This document shows, in pieces, positions 29,004 through 36,201 of a stretch of 64,000 nucleotides of DNA. This DNA comes from a virus. The stretch spans positions 28,948 through 92,947 of the IMG/VR virus record IMGVR_UViG_3300043256_000348; one strand, written 5' to 3'. The translations under genes were made by a program, and so were the position numbers. The notes under the pieces were generated by a model, which did no database searches, was not told the DNA's origin, and worked only from the letters and a program-made list of their open reading frames with translations. The first letter of the stretch is position 1. Each line of letters opens with the position of its first letter.

Positions 29004-29456
29004 ATCTCGCACGTAGCTCTACTCGACCTGACTATTGACTCGCTCGACACGCTCGCTAAGGCGTGCGAGGCGATGGGCTTCACGTTCGATCGTGAAGGGA
29101 CCAACTGGAAATGGTACGGGCGCTGGGTTGGAGATTACAACGTCAAAGACGCCGCGTACAATCAGGGCATCGCGGTAGAGCGGTACGGCACGTCCGACGC
29201 GGGCGTGATCCGTGTCCCTGGTGCCGCGTATGAAGTCGGCGTCTACAAGTCGCCGAACGAGCCGGGCAAGTACCGGCTGGTCTACGATAACTTCTCGGCG
29301 GGCAAGGGACTGCACGACAGGTGCGGCCCCGGGCTCGGCCTGCTGAAGCAGCGCTATGCCGCCGAGCGAAGCAAGAAAGAAATGAAAAAGGCTGGCTGGC
29401 GTGTCCGCGAACAGAAACAAGACGACGGGCAACTGCGGCTCGTCTGCACAAGGTAA
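29004..29456 (+). CDS. DUF1257 (Ycf35-like) protein, apparent ATC start
   Basis: (M)SHV...I.SLD.L..AC..MG; YEVGV; YRLVYD.F; L.QRYA; DGQLRLV. Confidence 0.75.
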   Translation: MSHVALLDLTIDSLDTLAKACEAMGFTFDREGTNWKWYGRWVGDYNVKDAAYNQGIAVERYGTSDAGVIRVPGAAYEVGVYKSPNEPGKYRLVYDNFSAGKGLHDRCGPGLGLLKQRYAAERSKKEMKKAGWRVREQKQDDGQLRLVCTR

Positions 29457-29460
29457 AATC

Positions 29461-29766
29461 ATGGACCGCAACACCTTACGCAGAGCACTGGCCCGCGTGC
29501 CATACTATATGCGGCAAGGCGTGCTGGACTACCTGTATCAGGGCTGCCCGCCCGGCGACTTCCTGCGGGCCGTGTTAGAAAACGATCTTCACTTGGCCGG
29601 CTTGCAGGCGGACAACGAAAACCAAAGGGCTCTCATTGATTGGGTTGCCGTACTGGACGCATTGCCATTGACGATCTGGGGCAGCCGAAAGAAGGTCGAC
29701 GCCCATCTGGCCAGCCACATCCTTCGTAAACAACGAGAGGAGCAAGAAGCGTCATGCAAAAGGTAA
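29461..29766 (+). CDS. Conserved phage hypothetical protein
   Basis: G.PPGDFLRAVLENDL....AD.EN...WGS. Confidence 0.7.
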   Translation: MDRNTLRRALARVPYYMRQGVLDYLYQGCPPGDFLRAVLENDLHLAGLQADNENQRALIDWVAVLDALPLTIWGSRKKVDAHLASHILRKQREEQEASCKR

Positions 29767-29933
29767 CCATCACCATCGACACGTCAGGCAGCCCCAAGAT
29801 CGAGGTCGAGGGCGTCGCCGGGCCGGAGTGCAATACCGCGACCGAGGCCCTGGAGAAGGCCCTTGGCGAGGTCCGCTCGGACAAGTTGACGGCCGACTTC
29901 CATCGACGGGAGCGTGCCCGTGTCAAGCATTGA
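29754..29933 (+). CDS. DUF2997-family small protein (below the ORF-track cutoff)
   Basis: MQKVTITIDTSGSPKIEVEGVAGPECNTATEALEKALGEVRSDKLTADFH. Confidence 0.85.
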   Translation: MQKVTITIDTSGSPKIEVEGVAGPECNTATEALEKALGEVRSDKLTADFHRRERARVKH

Positions 29934-30168
29934 GCTGACGATCGACACGGACGGTCTGGTGTCGGCGATATGGGACGATGCCCTGGCCGATCTGGTACAA
30001 TTAGGCGAGTGCCGCGTCGAGCGGGCTTCATTGGTCGAGTGGGACGGCACGGGCTGGTCAGCAGACCTTTCGCCGGTAGACGGGCCCGTACTTGAAAGTG
30101 TTCCCCGCCGCGAGGATGCTCTGGCGGCCGAGAAGGATTGGCTCAAACGAAACTGGAGGGCGCAATGA
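29914..30168 (+). CDS. Small protein of the AAA-DUF1257-DUF2997 module
   Basis: LTIDTDG.V..IWDD...LG...V.RAS.VE...W.ADLSPV.GPVL...R.DAL.AE..WL. Confidence 0.75.
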   Translation: MPVSSIELTIDTDGLVSAIWDDALADLVQLGECRVERASLVEWDGTGWSADLSPVDGPVLESVPRREDALAAEKDWLKRNWRAQ

Positions 30169-30620
30169 ACCTGATTCAACAGGCTCGCGAGATAGTCGCG
30201 GGCAAGTCGCTGTACCTGGCAGAGGTCGGTCACCTCCGGGCCCTGCTGGACGAGATCGACAGGCTTTCGAGGCCGGGCGACAAGCGGCTCGTGCGTTGCC
30301 AGGAGTGCGGCAATGAGATCCTCCTGGACAAAGGCGACTCGGAATGCTACTACTGCCACAAGCCGCTGCCAAAGCCGTGCCCCTTGTCGGAGCCGGACCG
30401 CACAAGGTTCGCCGCTTTCGCTGGGGCGGCGGCAGTGAGCATCCAACTGCACCTCGATAGAGGGGTGTCGCCGAACCGAGCCACAATGGAATCACTCGGT
30501 GAAGCGATCTTGCGGATGGCGGAGCTTGTAGGAATTTCAACTTCCGAGGCTGCGGGCTACGGCCGGCAGTTCCACGCATCCCACGACCCAAAGCGATGGC
30601 TGGAAGAAATGACAAACTGA
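30165..30620 (+). CDS. Hypothetical Zn-ribbon protein
   Basis: CQECG...CYYC; coupled start. Confidence 0.55.
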   Translation: MNLIQQAREIVAGKSLYLAEVGHLRALLDEIDRLSRPGDKRLVRCQECGNEILLDKGDSECYYCHKPLPKPCPLSEPDRTRFAAFAGAAAVSIQLHLDRGVSPNRATMESLGEAILRMAELVGISTSEAAGYGRQFHASHDPKRWLEEMTN

Positions 30621-31015
30621 CGGACGGCCGAGGCGTTCGCTTCTGCGATTACGGGTTGTCGTTGCCTACGCGAACCGCCGACTGGCCGCCGGCCGGGATT
30701 GTGCGGAGCCCGCGAACCGTACAGTCTTGCCGTTTCAACTGGCTCAAGTGTCAGATATGCGGCAGGTCGCTGCCGTTGACAGAAGATGGGCAGGTGCATC
30801 ACATCATCGGAGGCGCTGGCAGGAGCGATGAGGAGACAAATCTGTTGCGCCTCGGGGGACCCTTTGAGTGCGGCTGCCACGACGAGAGCTGGAGCGTGAT
30901 GCTACCGCTGTCGCTGTGGGCGAAGTGGAAGACGGACCGTGAGAACCTTGACTGGGCCCGGCTGGCCGTGCTGCTTGGGCACCACCTGCCGGAGCCGAAA
31001 CCGCCGGGGAGGTGA
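30596..31015 (+). CDS. HNH-like protein (start uncertain)
   Basis: CQICG...VHHIIGG...NLLRL...CGCH. Confidence 0.55.
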   Translation: MAGRNDKLTDGRGVRFCDYGLSLPTRTADWPPAGIVRSPRTVQSCRFNWLKCQICGRSLPLTEDGQVHHIIGGAGRSDEETNLLRLGGPFECGCHDESWSVMLPLSLWAKWKTDRENLDWARLAVLLGHHLPEPKPPGR

Positions 31016-31018
31016 GCT

Positions 31019-31444
31019 ATGTCGTTGACTAAGATCGCACTCAAGGCAGAACTTGCGTCTTTCAAGGAAGCCTTGCAACGATCTAAGGGCAACGCCGAGC
31101 GGCTGGCACGCGAGGTGGATCGGTTGCAAGGAATGGTGGACGAGGTTCAAAACGAAGCCAGCGCTTGCCGTTCCGAGGCAGTGGACAACAAGCTCAAGCT
31201 ACTTGAACTACAAGCCATCGTGGACAAGCTACCGAAGACGGCGGACGGCGTGCCGGTTGTTCCGGGAATGTCCCTTTACGTTGATGGCCCATGGGAAGTG
31301 CAAACCGCCTTAATGCTGAAGGGCGGAAGTCAACCAAGTCGTGGAGACACATGGTTGCGATTGTCTACGGGAAATTACTACAGCACTCGCGAAGCCGCCG
31401 AAGCAGCAGCCAAGGAACGCGAAGGAAATGCTTTACAATCCTGA
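31019..31444 (+). CDS. Hypothetical coiled-coil protein
   Basis: GGAGG SD; LPKTADGVPVVPG...YSTREAAEAA. Confidence 0.65.
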   Translation: MSLTKIALKAELASFKEALQRSKGNAERLAREVDRLQGMVDEVQNEASACRSEAVDNKLKLLELQAIVDKLPKTADGVPVVPGMSLYVDGPWEVQTALMLKGGSQPSRGDTWLRLSTGNYYSTREAAEAAAKEREGNALQS

Positions 31445-31909
31445 CGATTTACCCGACCAGCGAATCGACCCGCCGCGGGAGGAAGAGCTAACCGATGAGG
31501 AGCGGCAGGACGAACGGGAGACTGCCGGAGACGCGGACTACCATTTCTGGAGGGAGCAATGATTGGCGTGATAATCTTGACGATGCTGGTGGCTGTAAGC
31601 ATCGAACTAGGCATGCGGCTGGAGGCGATGCGGTGGAGCTGAGCCTGACGCCGAAGATCGCCCTGGACTTGGCAACCGGCAAGCCCGCCGGCAACTTCGG
31701 CCCGTTCGCATACTGGGGGACGGCCAGCGCGGCGATCCGCAACGCTGGGGCCCCTCACGACGTGGTCGACCTGGTCGACGGCCGGTACTTTGCTTGGTGG
31801 CGGGGCCGGCTGGTGGCCATGTACGATTCGGCGACGAGCGGGCTGCGGGTGGACTTCCCGGCGGTGGCGTCCAGGGCAGAAGAGCTGTTAGTTCACCATG
31901 AGGTCAAGA

Positions 31910-32221
31910 ATGACGTACAACGATTTCAGTGAGCGGATCTGCAATGCCGGGCTCCGGGCCCGCCGGTGCAGTGAATTCCACTGGCAGATTTCCGGGGGCG
32001 ACCGGATCGTCAACTGCTGGCCGAACTCAAAGCGGGGCTTCGTGTTCCAGTCGGATCTGGGGGGCAAGGCCAAGCTCGGCAGCCTAGACGAGGCCATACA
32101 GGCTTCCGGTGGGCCCGGGCTGTCGCGAGATGCCCCGTTCGACGCCGACCCTAAGAAACTACCCTCGCCGGAAAGCCGGCCACCGGGCGTAATCAGGCGG
32201 TTCTGGCGGTGGTTCTGGTGA
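31910..32221 (+). CDS. Hypothetical protein
   Basis: HWQI.GG..VNCWP motif. Confidence 0.55.
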   Translation: MTYNDFSERICNAGLRARRCSEFHWQISGGDRIVNCWPNSKRGFVFQSDLGGKAKLGSLDEAIQASGGPGLSRDAPFDADPKKLPSPESRPPGVIRRFWRWFW

Positions 32222-32246
32222 ACATGAGCTGGCCGAGAATCTGCTA

Positions 32247-32275
32247 TTTACGGCTCCCGGGAAAGACGGTATAAT
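32247..32275 (+). promoter_or_regulatory. Sigma70-like promoter TTTACG-17-TATAAT
   Basis: Near-consensus boxes with a 17 bp spacer at the head of a long non-coding region. Confidence 0.6.
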
Positions 32276-32715
32276 CGGCAGCATGACATCCACATGAGAC
32301 AAAAAGACGGGCCCGACCTGACGGCCGAGCCCTGAGTGGCCGGCGGCGGAACGAACGCCGGGCGGCCAGCCACGAAAGCAGGATGGGTGCAACCGTGACT
32401 CTAACAGTCAGTATACCAGAAATCCCCTTGGCAGCAAGGCCCATTCGGGCGGGTACTTTTCAGACGACTCCCCCGATCTTCGGACCGGGTTGGGCCGGCC
32501 TATATGACCGGCTCTTTTTTTACTCCACGGATACAGTCGTTCCCGCTGGGCCGTCCCCGATCTATTCGGCGGTGGCCCTTTTCTATGCGCCCGGGGCCGG
32601 AACAGCGTACACGGGGGGTCGCGTCCCCGCCGGCCCTCTCGGCGGTTGGCAACAGCGGCAAGAGACCCGCCCGCGACGGACGCGGCCAGCCGCCCTGACC
32701 TTCCTGTTGTGGATG

Positions 32716-32857
32716 TGCGGCGGCGGCGTGGCAGCGCCGGGTAAGGGGTTGTCTTTAGTGACAGCCTGTGGAGGGAAGATTGAAAGCGATACGCCTACTG
32801 CCAAAGTCACTAAGAGTATCGCACCATGGAGCCGGGTGGGGAATCCGGCCCGCCGTG
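32716..32857 (+). repeat. tRNA-like structured repeat, copy 1
   Basis: tgcggcgg/ccgccgtg closing stem; GCCGG-loop-CCGGC arm. Confidence 0.65.
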
Positions 32858-33294
32858 CACTTTTCACCCCGCCAGCGTACAGCAGGACTCGCGACCTGCC
32901 GGGGTGCTTGCCGGCTCTGCGTGGAGAACCCACGATCGTTGCCGAAGACATAGCCCCGAATACATGGGCAAGGGAATGGTATCCCGACGCGGCTCACGAC
33001 TCAGTGGCCCGGAAGCATCTTAGGTAGGCGTAAGCCAGACGGATGCAATACTGAGACAGTTCGCAGTTTGGCGGCTTCGATCAGGTCGCATCCGCTGCGG
33101 AGGTCGAACGGCAGGCCGCAACGCTGGGACAGCGCAGCGAATCGCCTGGGTCGGCACACTGGAGGTGACCTTGGCATGGAGATTTTCTGCTTTGCCCTGC
33201 CGGAAGACGGAGTAAAATGGATGGCCGGGCGGCACGTCGAAAGGCTAGCGATGGTGCGACGTAAAATCCAGTCCGGCATCGGGGATTCTGTGCG

Positions 33295-33329
33295 TGCTAC
33301 CGCGTCGCCCGTAGGGTGACGCGGTAGCA
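33295..33329. other. 16-bp hairpin tgctaccgcgtcgccc-gta-gggtgacgcggtagca
   Basis: Near-perfect inverted repeat (one G-T pair). Confidence 0.8.
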
Positions 33330-33373
33330 GGTACAGAATACAACAGTTCTTCAGTTGTCAGGACGAACGAACC

Positions 33374-33568
33374 ATGAGCGTATCGAAACGGCGATACTAC
33401 GAGTCTACGATCCGCAGCACGGGATTCGTGACTGAGCGGCTGGTGGAAGAGACCGGGATGGCTCCCGAAGCACTTGACGAGGTAATCAGCGGCTACTTCG
33501 CTGAGGTAACTGCCGGGGCGGAGCGTGAACCTGGACTGCCGCCGGCCGCCTTCGGGTCGGACGTGTAG
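33374..33568 (+). CDS. Hypothetical protein
   Basis: AGGA SD + ATG. Confidence 0.5.
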   Translation: MSVSKRRYYESTIRSTGFVTERLVEETGMAPEALDEVISGYFAEVTAGAEREPGLPPAAFGSDV

Positions 33569-33592
33569 CTTGACCTATTCCAAGAGGGCAGC

Positions 33593-33821
33593 GATGGACG
33601 ATGACCAGCCGGGTGCGCAGGCGACCTTAGAGGAAAAACTGTGCTGGATCGACCGGCACCGGCCACCGCCGTACAAGCCGCCGCACTCCGGATCGTGCGA
33701 CTTGCAGGACGTGGTGATGTCGAGCCGGGAGAAGGGCGGCAAGCCGGACCCGAACGGGAAGTGGATTCGCCGGAGCTGCCGGCTGTGCGGGCGGTTCCAC
33801 AGCTACCGGAGGCGGGCATGA
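33593..33821 (+). CDS. Small Zn-binding protein
   Basis: H..C...CRLCGRF; coupled to the primase. Confidence 0.5.
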
Positions 33822-34732
33822 CGAACACCGCGTGGGTACGGGTATCGAAGGCCGAGCCTTGCGTCATTTGTGAGCGACCAGATTGGTGTCGCGTCTCAGC
33901 TTGTGGAGGGACGGCCCATTGTATGAGGCGGGAAAGTGACAGGAAGTGGCCAGGCCCGGCTGGCGGTTTTCTTCACCGGCTGAATGGTGAGCAGGTAAGG
34001 GCTGTGCAGAGAACGCCAGCGAAGGCGACAAAACCGAAAAAGCCCGTCGCCTACTGGACCGCGGTAGCGAAGCGGTGCTACGAGCACCCTGAGGCGACCG
34101 GCATGCGCGAGTACGTCGCGGAGGTTCTCGGGTTGTCGGTCGACGTGGTGAAGCGGTTCCGTGTCGGCTGGGGCGACGACAGGTACCGCGGCCTGGACTA
34201 CTCGACGTGGCCGTCGCGGGACGCCGCGGGGAGGATCGTCGGGATCACGCGGCGGTACAGGGACGGGGCGAAGCTGACGGCCGAGGGCGGGACACCAGGA
34301 CTGTTCTACTGTTATGGCTGGCACAGGCTGTCCGGGACGATCCTACTGCCGGAGGGGGCTTCTGACACGGCAACCCTGGTACAATTAGGATTGTCGGCGG
34401 TCGGTCGGCCGAGCAACGTGTCGGCGCCGTGGCTACCTGAGTTGCTGGGGCCGTACCGGGAACGGGAGATTATTGTGCTAGGCGAGCACGACAGAAAAGA
34501 ACCGGGCGTGCGACCGGGGTGCCGTGTGGACTGCCGGGGCTGCTCGGCGTGCTGGCCAGGTCGTTTCGGGGCGGAGGCGGTCGCCCGGCTGTTGGCGGAA
34601 CAGTTGAAACGCTCTGTCACTTGGTGGATCCTGTCGGTGAAAGATGTGCGCGTGTGGCTCGCCGAGAACGACGGAGCAGTGGACGTGAGGCTGGAGGACT
34701 TCGAGCCGGCGATGGTCGGTACAGTTCGGTAG
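33818..34732 (+). CDS. Primase-like protein (Zn-binding + TOPRIM)
   Basis: PCVICERPDWC...CMR; RDAAGRIVGI.RR; LPEGASD; AVGRPS; GEHD; KDVR. Confidence 0.8.
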   Translation: MTNTAWVRVSKAEPCVICERPDWCRVSACGGTAHCMRRESDRKWPGPAGGFLHRLNGEQVRAVQRTPAKATKPKKPVAYWTAVAKRCYEHPEATGMREYVAEVLGLSVDVVKRFRVGWGDDRYRGLDYSTWPSRDAAGRIVGITRRYRDGAKLTAEGGTPGLFYCYGWHRLSGTILLPEGASDTATLVQLGLSAVGRPSNVSAPWLPELLGPYREREIIVLGEHDRKEPGVRPGCRVDCRGCSACWPGRFGAEAVARLLAEQLKRSVTWWILSVKDVRVWLAENDGAVDVRLEDFEPAMVGTVR

Positions 34733-34737
34733 ACAAG

Positions 34738-34813
34738 CACGGCGGCGGCCTGGCGAACCAGGACGTTAAATGGCCCCGCGCCATAGAAGCCGGGGGAGAA
34801 CCGGCCCGCCGTG
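34738..34813 (+). ncRNA. 76-nt cloverleaf tRNA-like element (repeat copy 2)
   Basis: CACGGCGG/CCGCCGTG stem; CCTGG/CCAGG, ATGGC/GCCAT and GCCGG/CCGGC arms. Confidence 0.6.
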
Positions 34814-34837
34814 TTTTTCAGAAAGGAAAACGAGAAG

Positions 34838-34954
34838 GTGTCAAACAGCAAAGGCAGTAAGGAAAGGTGCTCAGTCTGTGGGTTACGCAAGCGCGGGTCG
34901 AATCATAATAACGGGCAACATCACAAAAAGGCCCTAATGAAACAGAAAGGATAG
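34838..34954 (+). CDS. 38-aa C2H2-like micro-protein
   Basis: GTG start; CSVC.....H....HH; lies exactly between repeat copies 2 and 3. Confidence 0.5.
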   Translation: MSNSKGSKERCSVCGLRKRGSNHNNGQHHKKALMKQKG

Positions 34955-34958
34955 ACAG

Positions 34959-35074
34959 CACGGCGGCGGCGTGGCAGCGTCGGGCGACTGGTCACACGTA
35001 TCCGAGAACTGGCTGACCAACAGCGGAGAAGGTGACTTTTAGTGGAGCCGGTGTGGGGAATCCGGCCCGCCGTG
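34959..35074 (+). repeat. tRNA-like structured repeat, copy 3
   Basis: cacggcggcggcgtggcagcg...tggagccggtgtggggaatccggcccgccgtg. Confidence 0.7.
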
Positions 35075-35094
35075 TTTTTACAGAAGGAGAGAAC

Positions 35095-35292
35095 ATGCGT
35101 TGCGAGCAACCAGACAAAGATGTGCCCGAGATCGTTTGCGGACATCCATTGCCGTGTCCTTGGCATACAGTGAAGATCGACACCACCTGTTCGCCACCGG
35201 TCATTCATATACCAGTAACAAACCCCCGGGCACTGCGACCGAAGATTCTCGGACCACTCAAAGAAATCGCGGCTTGCATTGAGGAACTATAG
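35095..35292 (+). CDS. Small Cys/His protein
   Basis: AAGGAG SD; C...CGHPLPCPWH. Confidence 0.55.
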   Translation: MRCEQPDKDVPEIVCGHPLPCPWHTVKIDTTCSPPVIHIPVTNPRALRPKILGPLKEIAACIEEL

Positions 35293-35295
35293 CAG

Positions 35296-35338
35296 CACGG
35301 TAGCGGCGTGGTACTGCCCCGCGAGCACGCCCGCCGTG
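35296..35338 (+). repeat. Truncated repeat, copy 4
   Basis: cacggtagcggcgtgg...cacgcccgccgtg followed by ttttcagaaaggga. Confidence 0.6.
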
Positions 35339-35357
35339 TTTTCAGAAAGGGAAAGTC

Positions 35358-35459
35358 ATGCCTGACAATGTGTACAAGTACGACGAGGACGATGAAGCTG
35401 CCGACGACTGGGATGATGAAGAAGACGACGGCTGGCCGGACGATGGCGATGATGAATAA
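35358..35459 (+). CDS. 33-aa highly acidic peptide
   Basis: MPDNVYKYDEDDEAADDWDDEEDDGWPDDGDDE after the repeat-borne SD. Confidence 0.45.
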   Translation: MPDNVYKYDEDDEAADDWDDEEDDGWPDDGDDE

Positions 35460-35490
35460 CTAACTGCCCACGGGGCAAGGGAGGTGAGTG

Positions 35491-36153
35491 ATGAACTTAG
35501 TGAAACCTTCATTTGTGATTTTACAGTGCTCGTCAGCTCCATTGACGTTGATAGAGAGGGCGGGCAGAACGTGCTACAAGTCGGAGGAAAAGATGACTCC
35601 GGCTTCTTCGGAAAAGTTCGTGGAAAGGATAATCGAACGAGGGCACTTGTCAGTCATCGAACACGCATCTGCAACGGTCAAGTTTGTGGTTGATCGTGGA
35701 GTGAGTCACGAGTTAGTCAGGCACAGGCTTTGTTCTTTCAGCCAGGAGTCGACTCGCTATTGTGATTACAGCGGAAGCGTTACGTTCGTGATTCCGCCTT
35801 GGTGCACTTCGCTAACAGAGGGTGAAATAGAAACCAGCAATGTTCTACCTATACGGAGCGCCTTTCTGCATGGTGGAGCGGCCGATCATTGGCTGTTGGC
35901 TATGGCTAAAGCGGAACTATCTTACAGAGAATTGAGGAATCATCAGAACTGGTCGCCACAACAGGCTAGGTCTGTTCTGCCGAACTCCCTCAAGACGGAA
36001 ATAGTTGTGACAGCCAATTTTCGCGAGTGGCTGCATATCTTTCAATTAAGAACCGCCCCTGCTGCCCACCCACAAATGAGAGAGATCATGATTCCCGTTT
36101 GTGAAGAATTCCAGAGGCGCTTTCCCATTGTATTTGACAGGAAAGAAGAGTAA
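35491..36153 (+). CDS. thyX: FAD-dependent thymidylate synthase
   Basis: GHLSVIEH, HELVRHRLCSFSQESTRY, ARSVLPN, N.REW.H...LR...AHPQMR. Confidence 0.96.
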   Translation: MNLVKPSFVILQCSSAPLTLIERAGRTCYKSEEKMTPASSEKFVERIIERGHLSVIEHASATVKFVVDRGVSHELVRHRLCSFSQESTRYCDYSGSVTFVIPPWCTSLTEGEIETSNVLPIRSAFLHGGAADHWLLAMAKAELSYRELRNHQNWSPQQARSVLPNSLKTEIVVTANFREWLHIFQLRTAPAAHPQMREIMIPVCEEFQRRFPIVFDRKEE

Positions 36154-36201
36154 CCCCGCCCCGTCGAGTGCCGGCGGGGGTGAAAGCGAGCGAGGTGAGT
36201 A

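Noticed and set aside
32317-32385. Hammerhead-like 'ctga...cgaaa' arrangement
   Set aside because: Lacks the CUGAnGA core and a properly placed cleavage triplet; I could not match it to any riboswitch consensus.
32383-33027. 214-aa ORF
   Set aside because: No recognisable motifs, and it runs through structured repeats; treated as probably spurious.
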